Assembly: GCA_040768745.1 (NCBI GenBank)
Contig: JAXGMI010000002.1
Coordinates: 224,001-288,000, forward strand
Source of the DNA: Desulfomicrobium sp.
Lineage (GTDB): Bacteria > Desulfobacterota > Desulfovibrionia > Desulfovibrionales > Desulfomicrobiaceae
Length of the DNA: 64,000 nt
Reading direction: 5' to 3'
In this document: piece by piece, positions 1 through 8,918 of the stretch
Layout of the letters: each line of letters starts with the position of its first letter
How positions within the stretch are numbered: position 1 is the first letter of the stretch
Translations under genes and position numbers: made by a program
Notes under the pieces: generated by a model
The model's input: only the letters and a program-made list of their open reading frames with translations
Databases searched by the model: none
Told to the model about the DNA's origin: nothing

Positions 1-948
1 GAGATTTCCCGCAAAGTGCCCTCCAAGCTTGGCACCGAGGAGCTGGTTCGCCTGGCCATTGGCCGGGTGGGATCCAAATTAGTGGCCAGTCCCCTGAGCC
101 GTGGCGCAGGTATGATCACCACATTGATCCGGGCCCAGGGTGTGACCCGCATCCCGGTCGACAGCGAGGGGGTCGAGGCAGGGAGCATGGTCCAGGCCGA
201 GCTCCTGGTTCCGGAGTCAGAACTGGACCAGACCCTGATCGTGATCGGCAGCCATGACAACATCGTGGACGTGCTCGGGAACGATCTCATGTGTCTGCCC
301 CGGCCGGTCCGCATCTCCTCCAGCCATGTGGGGTCCATGGGCGGCCTCACCGCCCTGCGCACCCGTTCGACCCTCATGGCTGGAACACATCTCTTCGATG
401 AAGCCAGTGGAGACTTCAACTTTCCTTTTTTCAGCAAGTACTTGCCAGGCCTGGACGTGGTTTGTGTCAATCTGGCCATTCGCCACCAGGGCCTTATCGT
501 GGCCAAGGGAAACCCCCTGAATATCCGGAGCGTGGAAGATCTGGCCCGGCCGGAGGTGCGCTTCATCAACCGCCAGCGCGGCGCGGGCACGCGCATCCTG
601 CTCGACTATCATCTCCGTCAGGCCGGGATTGGAGCTGAACAGGTTCGGGGCTATGAGAAGGAGGAGTTCACGCATATGGCCGTGGCCGTCAACGTGCTGA
701 CTGGCACTGCATCCTGTGGCCTGGGCATTTTTGCCGCAGCCAAGGCACTGGATCTGGACTTCATCCCTCTGGCCAGGGAGCGATACGACTTGGCGTTCCT
801 GCCCGAACTGATGGATTGGAAAACGGAAGTTGTGCTGGAGCTGATCAGTTCGGCGGGATTCAAGGCCAGGATAGAAGCCCTTGGCGGCTACGAAACCACG
901 CTTACAGGCCGGGTCATGCAACCGGGCGAGGGGCTTTGCGAGAAATAA
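1..948 (+). CDS. Molybdopterin biosynthesis protein (MoeA C-terminus fused to a periplasmic-binding-protein-like domain), 5'-partial
   Basis: Frame is open from base 1; motifs GSHD, HVGSMGGL, FINRQRGAGTR and LARERYDL are typical of MoeA-PBP fusions. Confidence 0.85.
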   Translation, partial: EISRKVPSKLGTEELVRLAIGRVGSKLVASPLSRGAGMITTLIRAQGVTRIPVDSEGVEAGSMVQAELLVPESELDQTLIVIGSHDNIVDVLGNDLMCLPRPVRISSSHVGSMGGLTALRTRSTLMAGTHLFDEASGDFNFPFFSKYLPGLDVVCVNLAIRHQGLIVAKGNPLNIRSVEDLARPEVRFINRQRGAGTRILLDYHLRQAGIGAEQVRGYEKEEFTHMAVAVNVLTGTASCGLGIFAAAKALDLDFIPLARERYDLAFLPELMDWKTEVVLELISSAGFKARIEALGGYETTLTGRVMQPGEGLCEK

Positions 949-1104
949 CAGTCATGTCTCGATTCGTTCTGCAGATCGCCTGGAATACATGGGCTGCTTC
1001 TGGCGGGCCTGTTGCGTTGACGTGCCTGAAAGGGGTGGAACCACAACGGGGCCATTGTCCTCGAAAAAATCCGTGATCCCTGAATGTGGTGAAATAACCA
1101 GAAG

Positions 1105-1311
1105 TTAGATGCGGCCCATGGAGCGCAGGCGAAGCTCGTGGAGGATAGCGTTTTCGTAATGCACGGAGGGCGGTTCCTGGTGTTCACTGGGCTCAATGTA
1201 TTTGTCGAGCATCTGGCTTTCTTCCCAAAAATCGAGCAATTCGTCGTGGCCGAGGATTTTGAGCTGATCTTCCAGGGTGAAGGGGTCCTGATTGGGAAGA
1301 AAACGCGCCAT
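1105..1311 (-). CDS. Small acidic hypothetical protein (68 aa)
   Basis: ATG start with upstream GGAG; protein-like helical sequence (ELLDFWEESQ, YENAILHELRLR). Confidence 0.7.
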   Translation of the reverse strand: MARFLPNQDPFTLEDQLKILGHDELLDFWEESQMLDKYIEPSEHQEPPSVHYENAILHELRLRSMGRI

Positions 1312-1694
1312 AGGGTCTGCTCCGTGGACTCGATTGAAGGGGTCGGACAGGCCATGCCATACAGGTCAGCCCCGCCACTGTCCATCCTTTTTCGTCTCGT
1401 GTCACGTCCTCGTCAAATGGCAAACAGCAGTTGCCTTGCTCCCCTGAAGGACGTACCCATCATCGCAGGTCTGGCCTTTCAGCAGGTCTGAAACGGTCGC
1501 GCCACCCGGGAGTATGATCCTGTTCTGGCGCAAAGCTTCCTGGAAGACATCTTGAGGATGGAAACCTGCACCGGAGCCCCCTGCCGGGTGCGTTCCCGTC
1601 TGATCGCCCTTGACCTGATCCGTCTTATGGGCCAGGAGATACGGCTCGTTTGGACCGAGCTGATTCGTATCCGAGCCGAAAAGCCAGGTATCTG

Positions 1695-1720
1695 AGCCGC
1701 CCCCGACCTGGGCGGCTTTT
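1695..1720 (+). terminator. Intrinsic terminator-like hairpin just upstream of mfd
   Basis: AGCCGCCC-ccgacct-GGGCGGCT followed by a short T tract. Confidence 0.6.
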
Positions 1721-1752
1721 GCTGTTCACCATCATTTTTCCAGGCGTTCCGT

Positions 1753-4700
1753 GTGATTCCTTCCGCGCTGCAAAAATTTCTTGACGGGAACGAGTCCCAA
1801 ATCCGCATTTTCAAGAGCGGTCCGGCCACACAAATGTATTTGGCCCAGACCCTCATGGAAGATGGATACAATGTCGTTGTGGTGCTGCCCCCCAGCGCAG
1901 AGCTGCATCTGTATGTATCCTTGGCGCGACTTTTTTCCCCTGGTGAGCAGCACCGTCCGTTCTGGGAACGTTCATGGCTGCGCTTCCCGCGTTACGCGGT
2001 GGAAGAGCCGCGCCGCTCGCCGTGGCCCGAACGCTGGCAGGCCCTTTTTGCCCTTGGCCAGAAAGGACCCTCCCGGGGCGTGCTCCTGCCCCTGGAAAAC
2101 CTCATTCAGAAATGGCCTGAACCCGAAGTTCTCGCCCGCGAGCATCTGTGGGTGACCACGGGGGAGGAGGTCGCGCAGGACGATCTTCTCGAAACCCTCA
2201 TCAACTGGGGATACACCCGTGTCTCCATGGTCACGTCCGTGGGAGAAGCCTCATTGCGCGGGGACATCATGGACGTGTTCTGCCCCGGCTACGACCACCC
2301 CCTGCGACTGGAGTTTTTTGGCGATACCCTGGAGCGGATCCGGATATTTGAACCTGTGTCTCAGCGTTCCCGGGAAGATCTGAAGCATGCAGCCGTGTTG
2401 CCGGCGGGCCCGTGCATTGGCGCCAACACCTACCGCGAGGCGGCGCGGTCCATGCACGACGGATGGGTCAGGTTGGGGGAAATTCCCAAGGCCACGCGGG
2501 CAGATCTGGAAAAGGAAGTACTGCAGGTCAAGCCCGGTCTGCCTCCGAGCATGTACTACCAGCGCACTGTGGGCCTCCAGGCATGGTTGCCGGAGAAGAC
2601 TATTTTTCTCATGGTCGAAGCTCAGGATCTGCGGGCCAAGCTCGAGGAGACAAGCTGGGTCTGGCAGGACCATTTCCGCGGGGAGCAGCGGCAGTGGCCC
2701 CGGCAGGGCTTGATTCAGACTCCAGGAGATGTGCGCAGGGTATGGGATGATTCCCCCCAGATTCTTTTCGAAAGCTTGGTCATGGGTGTGCGGGAAGAGG
2801 GAGTCGAATTCCCCGAGGAGAGCGTGAGCAGCTTCGAGGATCTGTTCTGGACCTCGGAGAGCCGCACCAGACCATGGCGGGCTCTGATGCAGGAGTTGGA
2901 CGTCTGGAGACGGACGTATGGCCAGACCATTCTCTGTTTTCACTCCGAACAGTCCCGCAAGAAATTCCTGCAGCTCGCGGCCCAGGATGAGCACGTCCTG
3001 CAAACGGACTACGACATGCGCGGCAGGGGCCTGTTTGCCCTGGTGGGCTCTCTGGGTCATGGCATGCGCATGCCCTGGGCCGGGCTGCAGATCTTGCCAG
3101 AGTCCGTCCTGCAGCCCGGCGCGCCCAAGCCCCAGCGGATGGCAAGCAAGGCCTTCAAGGGATTGGATTCCTTTGACGAGTTGGAGGCCGGGGATCTTCT
3201 GATCCATCGCGACTATGGTCTGTGCAGGTTTGGCGGCCTGCATCGCATCAAGTTCGGCAGCGTGGCCAACGACTATCTGTTGTTGCAGTACGACGGGGAG
3301 GACCGCCTGTATCTGCCCGTGGACCGTCTGTCCCAGGTGCAGCGTTACAAAGGTCCCGAGGGAAGCAGTCCCAGCCTGGACAAACTGGGGAGCTCCTCCT
3401 GGATCAAGGCCCGGGAGAGGACTCGCCAATCCATCGCCAAGATCGCAAGCGATCTGGTTGAAATGTATGCTTTTCGCAAGATTGCCAAAGGCTTTCAATA
3501 CAATCCGGTGTCAGAAATGTACTGGGAATTCGAGGCCAGTTTCGGCTTCGACGAAACTCCGGACCAGGAAAAGGCAATCGGTGACGTCCTGGCTGACATG
3601 GAAAAGCCTGAGCCGATGGACCGGCTGGTTTGCGGGGACGTGGGCTTTGGCAAGACTGAAGTTGCACTGCGCGCGGCCTTCCGTGCGGTTATGGACGGCA
3701 AACAGGTGGCCTTGCTGTGCCCGACGACTGTTCTGGCCGAGCAGCACTATCAGACATTCCGCCAACGCATGGAGCCGTTTTCCATTAGTGTGGGCCTGCT
3801 CAGCCGCTTCGTGCCCCCGTCGGGTCAGAAGCGGGTCACCGAAGCCGTCCGGCGGGGGCAGGTGGACGTCCTCATCGGCACGCACCGCATGCTGTCCAAA
3901 GACGTTGAATTCGCCAACCTTTCCCTTCTCATCCTGGACGAGGAGCAGCGTTTCGGGGTCAAACACAAGGAGCGGATCAAGAAGATGCGCTCGAACATCG
4001 ACGTTCTGACCCTGACCGCTACGCCCATTCCGCGGACCCTGCAGCTGTCTCTTTCCGGAATCCGGGGATTGAGCGTTATCGAGACGCCTCCCCGAGACCG
4101 CAAACCGGTGGAGACATCCCTGATGGAACGCGATCCGGCCCAGCTGAAGGCGATTGTGGAGCGCGAAATAGCCCGTGGAGGCCAAGTCTTCTGGGTTTAT
4201 AACCGGATCCAAGGTCTGGAGCGGGTGAAGGAGTTCGTTTCCTCCCTTGTTCCCGGGGCCCGGGTCGGCATGGGGCATGGCCAGATGAAGGCCGCTGATC
4301 TGGAAGAAACCATGCACCAGTTCTGGCACGGAGAGCTGGACGTGCTCGTCTGTACGGCCATCGTTGAATCGGGGCTCGATTTCCCGAGGGCCAACACCCT
4401 TATCGTCGACCAGGCCCACCTTTTCGGCCTTGGGCAGCTCTACCAGTTGCGCGGTCGCGTGGGGCGTTCCAGCGAACAGGCCTATGCCTATTTCATCATC
4501 CAGGACCTGGACCGCTTGCAGGAAGCGTCCCGGAAACGGCTGAAGATCATCCTGGACATGGACTATCTGGGTGCGGGTTTCAAGGTGGCCATGGAGGACT
4601 TGCGCATGCGGGGGGCCGGGAACATCCTGGGCGAGGCCCAGTCCGGGACCATTGGCAAGGTTGGACTCGATCTTTTCCTGGAAATGCTGGAGGAAGAGGT

Positions 4701-5259
4701 GACCCGACTGCGTGGAGGAAAGGTGGAGACGGAAATCGAACCGGAACTCAACCTGGGCTTCCAAGCCCTCATCCCTGAACACTATGTCGCCGATAGCAAG
4801 GAACGCCTCCATTTGTACAAGGCACTTTCCTCGTGCAGGGATGAGGCCTGCATTGTCGAGGTTGTGGACGACATGCGCGACAGGTTTGGGTCCCTGCCCG
4901 AGGCCCTCAAGCTTTTTGTGGCGGTGCTTATGATCAAGATCGATGCCCGCCGGCTGGGCGCGGTGCGGGTGGACCTGTTGGATGATCGCGCTCTTTTCCA
5001 TTGGGATGAAACCCGCCACAACCTTGATTTGGCCAAGCTGGTGCTTTGGGTCAGCCAAAACGCGCAAGCCGCCCGGATTCTTCCTCCGGCCAAGGTGGAG
5101 TTGCGCTTGGCCACAGATGTTTCCCGCACCCAGGCCATGCATGGTCTCAAGGAAAGGCTGGGGAGTCTGCGGAACCACGTGCAGGTTTGCCAGGACACTT
5201 CCACCTCGCTCCCCGGGCTGGTCAAGTTTGAACTGGACTCGGCCGGCGCTGAAGGTTAG
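1753..5259 (+). CDS. mfd: Transcription-repair coupling factor
   Basis: 1168 aa; UvrB-homology region, CarD-like RID, GDVGFGKTEVA, DEEQRFGV, QLRGRVGRS, TRCF domain. Confidence 0.97.
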   Translation: MIPSALQKFLDGNESQIRIFKSGPATQMYLAQTLMEDGYNVVVVLPPSAELHLYVSLARLFSPGEQHRPFWERSWLRFPRYAVEEPRRSPWPERWQALFALGQKGPSRGVLLPLENLIQKWPEPEVLAREHLWVTTGEEVAQDDLLETLINWGYTRVSMVTSVGEASLRGDIMDVFCPGYDHPLRLEFFGDTLERIRIFEPVSQRSREDLKHAAVLPAGPCIGANTYREAARSMHDGWVRLGEIPKATRADLEKEVLQVKPGLPPSMYYQRTVGLQAWLPEKTIFLMVEAQDLRAKLEETSWVWQDHFRGEQRQWPRQGLIQTPGDVRRVWDDSPQILFESLVMGVREEGVEFPEESVSSFEDLFWTSESRTRPWRALMQELDVWRRTYGQTILCFHSEQSRKKFLQLAAQDEHVLQTDYDMRGRGLFALVGSLGHGMRMPWAGLQILPESVLQPGAPKPQRMASKAFKGLDSFDELEAGDLLIHRDYGLCRFGGLHRIKFGSVANDYLLLQYDGEDRLYLPVDRLSQVQRYKGPEGSSPSLDKLGSSSWIKARERTRQSIAKIASDLVEMYAFRKIAKGFQYNPVSEMYWEFEASFGFDETPDQEKAIGDVLADMEKPEPMDRLVCGDVGFGKTEVALRAAFRAVMDGKQVALLCPTTVLAEQHYQTFRQRMEPFSISVGLLSRFVPPSGQKRVTEAVRRGQVDVLIGTHRMLSKDVEFANLSLLILDEEQRFGVKHKERIKKMRSNIDVLTLTATPIPRTLQLSLSGIRGLSVIETPPRDRKPVETSLMERDPAQLKAIVEREIARGGQVFWVYNRIQGLERVKEFVSSLVPGARVGMGHGQMKAADLEETMHQFWHGELDVLVCTAIVESGLDFPRANTLIVDQAHLFGLGQLYQLRGRVGRSSEQAYAYFIIQDLDRLQEASRKRLKIILDMDYLGAGFKVAMEDLRMRGAGNILGEAQSGTIGKVGLDLFLEMLEEEVTRLRGGKVETEIEPELNLGFQALIPEHYVADSKERLHLYKALSSCRDEACIVEVVDDMRDRFGSLPEALKLFVAVLMIKIDARRLGAVRVDLLDDRALFHWDETRHNLDLAKLVLWVSQNAQAARILPPAKVELRLATDVSRTQAMHGLKERLGSLRNHVQVCQDTSTSLPGLVKFELDSAGAEG

Positions 5260-5367
5260 TACCGTGGGCGCGCTGCATGTGTGCAGTCCATGCCGGAAAT
5301 CAGGCTGGGCGTCACAACCAGCTCTGCTTCCGGTGCAATCCATATGAGTACAACTGGACCGTTCAAT

Positions 5368-6282
5368 ATGAAAAAATATGGTCTGACCTCCGCATTGGTG
5401 GTTCTTTTCCTTTTTACCTTTCTGGCTTCCGGTCGCGCGGCCCAGGTCGTTGACCGCATCGTCGCCACGGTCAACGGGGAAATCGTGACCTATCAGGAAA
5501 TTCTGCAGCACATGCGGTCCATGGGTCAAATGCCGGACCAGGCCACAGCGGAAAAGGTCGCATCCCAGGTGCTGGACAGTATGATAGATGATATCATTCT
5601 GCGCCAGGAGGCTGAACGCTTGCAAATCGCTGTTACGGATTCGGAAGTGGAAAATGAAATCCGGCAGCTGAAGGTCCGCCGACGCTTGAGCGACGATGAA
5701 TTCAACCGTGGCCTGCGCCTGCAGGGCATGACCCTGGAGCAGTTCAAGGAGAGCACCCGGCAGGACATCATGAAGCATCGCATGCTCGGGTACATGGTTC
5801 GACGCAAGGTCGTGGTCACCCAGGAAGAGGTAGATGCGTATTTCGCGCAAAATCAGGCTGAGCTTGGCAGGGATCGGATCGTGGAATTGCAGATTCTCGT
5901 CCTGGGCGACCAGGACATGGCTGTGTCTCTGCGCGAAGCCCTGGACAAGGGCGAGTTCTCCTTTGCCGAGGCAGTGGCCCGTTATTCCGAAGGGCCCAAG
6001 GAAGCCGATGGCATGCTATCCGATGTGCACTGGAGGCAATTGGACGAGCCCTGGAAGGACGCATTGCGCGATCTCTCCGTGGGTGAGCTGAGCAGTCCCT
6101 TCATGATCCAGAACAAATGGGTACTTTTGAAACTTCTGGACCGCAGGGAGGGGGCAACTCAGCAGCCGGCCGATGTAGAGGAGGCAGTGCGGGAGGCCAT
6201 CATGCGTCCCAAGCTGGAAGAACGTTTCCAGGAATATATGCGCGGCCTGCGCAGCAAGGCAGTGATTGAGAAGCGGCTCTAA
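5368..6282 (+). CDS. surA: SurA-like periplasmic chaperone/PPIase
   Basis: Signal peptide, then VVDRIVATVNGEIVT and a parvulin-like region; follows mfd. Confidence 0.85.
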   Translation: MKKYGLTSALVVLFLFTFLASGRAAQVVDRIVATVNGEIVTYQEILQHMRSMGQMPDQATAEKVASQVLDSMIDDIILRQEAERLQIAVTDSEVENEIRQLKVRRRLSDDEFNRGLRLQGMTLEQFKESTRQDIMKHRMLGYMVRRKVVVTQEEVDAYFAQNQAELGRDRIVELQILVLGDQDMAVSLREALDKGEFSFAEAVARYSEGPKEADGMLSDVHWRQLDEPWKDALRDLSVGELSSPFMIQNKWVLLKLLDRREGATQQPADVEEAVREAIMRPKLEERFQEYMRGLRSKAVIEKRL

Positions 6283-6320
6283 CATCCCTGACGCCAAGCC
6301 ATGCATGGAGTTTTCCGGAT

Positions 6321-7184
6321 ATGGATCTGATTGAAATTGGAGCGGTTCTGCGCGCGGCCAGGGAACGTAAGGGGCTGAGCATCGAGGCGGTGGAGGAAAA
6401 GATCAAAATCGCCCCGTCGGTGATCGTGGCTTTGGAAGAGGGCAATCGCAGCAGGTTTCCTCATCCTGTCTACGCCAGGGGTTTTGTGCGCAGTTATTCC
6501 ACGCTGCTGGATCTCGACGCCGCTGAAATCTGTCTTCATTTCAGCCGGGCGTACCCTGTTCCCACGGAAGCCGACCACCCGGAAATGCACGCTCCCAGGA
6601 TCAAGGTGAAGAGCCATGATCCCGGCCATCTGATCAGCGCGGTTCGTATTGTGGCAGTGCTGGGCATTTTCGTCCTCGGTATCGGAGGCTGGTATGCATT
6701 CGACGTGTACCGCGGCCGCCAAACCAAAGTTGTGGAGCCTGTCGCGGAGCAGCCCCGGGCCATTCCGGAAACTTCTGCGCCAGCCGAGTCGGCTTCGGAT
6801 CTGCCTGCCCCCATCACGCAGATGCAGGAGGTTGCGGCCGCGTCGGACCCCGGTGTCCAAAATTCCTCCAATGCCACGGTTGATTCCCCACAGCCCTCTG
6901 ATCCTGCAGCCCAAACAGTGGAGACTCCAGGTCCGCAACAGACCGCACCTGGCAACGAGCGGGTCCTGATCGTGACTGCTCATGCCGCAAGCTGGCTGCA
7001 GGCCAGGGCAGATGACAAGGTGGTGGATTATTTTTTGCGCAAGGGCGAGTCCACTTCCATCGCTTTCACAAAAACTCTGAGCGTCAAATTTGGCAATGCC
7101 GGAGGAGTCAAGCTGGAGCTCGACGGCAATCCCTATCCCTTTGAAGCCAAACCCGGCGAGGTCAAGACCCTGGTCGTGGAGTAG
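6321..7184 (+). CDS. rodZ: RodZ-like HTH/transmembrane/DUF4115 protein
   Basis: N-terminal HTH (VYARGFVRSY), one TM helix, C-terminal GNAGGV motif. Confidence 0.85.
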   Translation: MDLIEIGAVLRAARERKGLSIEAVEEKIKIAPSVIVALEEGNRSRFPHPVYARGFVRSYSTLLDLDAAEICLHFSRAYPVPTEADHPEMHAPRIKVKSHDPGHLISAVRIVAVLGIFVLGIGGWYAFDVYRGRQTKVVEPVAEQPRAIPETSAPAESASDLPAPITQMQEVAAASDPGVQNSSNATVDSPQPSDPAAQTVETPGPQQTAPGNERVLIVTAHAASWLQARADDKVVDYFLRKGESTSIAFTKTLSVKFGNAGGVKLELDGNPYPFEAKPGEVKTLVVE

Positions 7185-7198
7185 TTCCGGAATTGGGC

Positions 7199-7945
7199 AT
7201 GGAATTTTCCGAACAGGTCATCGTGCTGCGGGTGGGGACGTTTCGCGAAGCAGACTGTTGGGTCCGTTTTTTTTCCCCCCTGCACGGCCTGTTGACTGGC
7301 TTCGCCTTTGGAGGCCGCCGCAGCCGCAGACGCTTTTGCGGCTGCCTTGACCCCCTCAGCCTGGTCCATTTCCGTGTCAGCCGGGACCGCAGGAGAGAGT
7401 ATCATTGCCTGGAGGAGGGGGTGCTGATCAACTCCTTTTCAGGGATGAAAAAGGATCTCAAAAAACTGGGCATGATCTGCAACTGCGTGCGTTTTTTTGA
7501 ATCCCTGTCCTTTGCCCCGGACGGGTACGCTCCGGCCTATGCCCTTCTCCACGAGACCCTGGAAGCCCTGGACAGGGATGTTTCCGGATCGTGCTTTGTC
7601 CCCCTCCTGTTCCGGGCAAAGATGGCCTTTGCCCAGGGATATCAGCCGAATCTGCGTGTTTGCCGGGAGTGCGGCCGGCCCCTGGATTCTTCTCACAGGG
7701 CCGTTTTTGCAGTGCAGGAAGGAGGGCTTTACTGCCTGCGGTGTCCCTCTGGCCCGGGGTCCAAAATTTCCGCCTCCCGTGAAACCTTGAGCCTGCTCGA
7801 GCATCTGGCCAGAACTGGACCCAGGGAATGGTCGGAATGGATGCCGCCAGCCAAGGTCCGGGAGGAATGTGTCCATCTGGTGGACGCCTTTGTGCAATGC
7901 CACCTCGGTCTGGTTTGCTCCGGCAACCGCTTCGTGCGCTGTTGA
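7199..7945 (+). CDS. recO: DNA repair protein RecO
   Basis: FREADCWVRFFS...SRRRF OB fold and Zn finger CRECG...CLRC; precedes glyQ. Confidence 0.92.
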   Translation: MEFSEQVIVLRVGTFREADCWVRFFSPLHGLLTGFAFGGRRSRRRFCGCLDPLSLVHFRVSRDRRREYHCLEEGVLINSFSGMKKDLKKLGMICNCVRFFESLSFAPDGYAPAYALLHETLEALDRDVSGSCFVPLLFRAKMAFAQGYQPNLRVCRECGRPLDSSHRAVFAVQEGGLYCLRCPSGPGSKISASRETLSLLEHLARTGPREWSEWMPPAKVREECVHLVDAFVQCHLGLVCSGNRFVRC

Positions 7946-7987
7946 CGTGGTCTGCCATTGAATAGCGAGAGCATAAGGAGTTTGTGC

Positions 7988-8884
7988 ATGAATTTTCAGG
8001 ACGTCATCCGAAATCTGCAGGGATTCTGGGCCGACCAGGGTTGCGTGCTGCAGTTTCCATATGACTCGGAAGTGGGGGCGGGCACCTTCAATCCGTCCAC
8101 CTTTTTACGGGTTCTTGGCCCCGAGCCCTGGAAGGTGGCTTACCCTGAGTCCAGCCGCCGTCCCACGGACGGTCGATACGGCGAGAACCCGAACCGTTTG
8201 CAGCACTACTTCCAGTTTCAGGTTATCCTGAAGCCCTCTCCCGCCAATGTCCTCGATCTCTATCTGGACAGTCTCGGGGTCCTCGGGATCGACAAGCATG
8301 TCCATGACATCCGTTTTGTGGAGGACGACTGGGAAAGTCCGACCCTGGGCGCCTGGGGCCTGGGTTGGGAAGTCTGGCTCAACGGGATGGAAGTGACCCA
8401 GTTCACCTATTTCCAGCAGGTCGGGGGCATCAATCTGGATCCCATCAGTTGTGAGATCACCTACGGTGTGGAACGACTGTGCATGTATCTGCAGGAAAAG
8501 GAATCCGTATATGATCTGGCCTGGAACAACCATGTGACCTACGGTCATGTCTATCATCAGGCTGAAGTGGAGCATTCAAAGTACAATTTTGATTATTCCA
8601 ACGCCTCGATGTTGTTCGGAGTTTTTGATTCATACGAAACGGAATGCATGAGATTGTGTGAGGCGGGTCTGCCATGGCCGGCCTATGATTTCTGCCTCAA
8701 GTGTTCCCATGCCTTCAATCTGCTGGACGCGCGCGGGGCCATTTCCATCACGGAACGGGCCAAGTATATCGCCAGGGTGCGCAATCTGGCCTCTGCAGTG
8801 GCCAAATTGTACGTGGAGCAGCGCGAGGCCATGGGGCACCCCCTCTTGGCATCCTGTCCGAACGGTCAGCATCCCCTGCCGTAG
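7988..8884 (+). CDS. glyQ: Glycine-tRNA ligase alpha subunit
   Basis: [44 protein letters not shown]. Confidence 0.98.
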   Translation: MNFQDVIRNLQGFWADQGCVLQFPYDSEVGAGTFNPSTFLRVLGPEPWKVAYPESSRRPTDGRYGENPNRLQHYFQFQVILKPSPANVLDLYLDSLGVLGIDKHVHDIRFVEDDWESPTLGAWGLGWEVWLNGMEVTQFTYFQQVGGINLDPISCEITYGVERLCMYLQEKESVYDLAWNNHVTYGHVYHQAEVEHSKYNFDYSNASMLFGVFDSYETECMRLCEAGLPWPAYDFCLKCSHAFNLLDARGAISITERAKYIARVRNLASAVAKLYVEQREAMGHPLLASCPNGQHPLP

Positions 8885-8918
8885 GTGTCTTTCAAGGCTT
8901 TGCATAGGGAGTTTTTGT

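Noticed and set aside
1445..1476. TGA followed by CCCATC...GCAGGTCTG, resembling the E. coli fdhF SECIS
   Set aside because: That TGA frame has no plausible start, RBS or Cys/redox context, and the downstream frame closes at 1555; probably coincidence
1590..1695. TPP-like (CCCTTGACCTGATC) and B12-box-like (AAGCCAGG) fragments
   Set aside because: The other required conserved elements (CTGAGA; GGGAA...ACTG) are missing, so no known riboswitch is called
3511..5850. Long antisense ORFs (also 8892-10847, 26772-28316, 56766-58637)
   Set aside because: Shadow frames opposite well-supported genes, as expected in GC-rich DNA; no recognisable motifs
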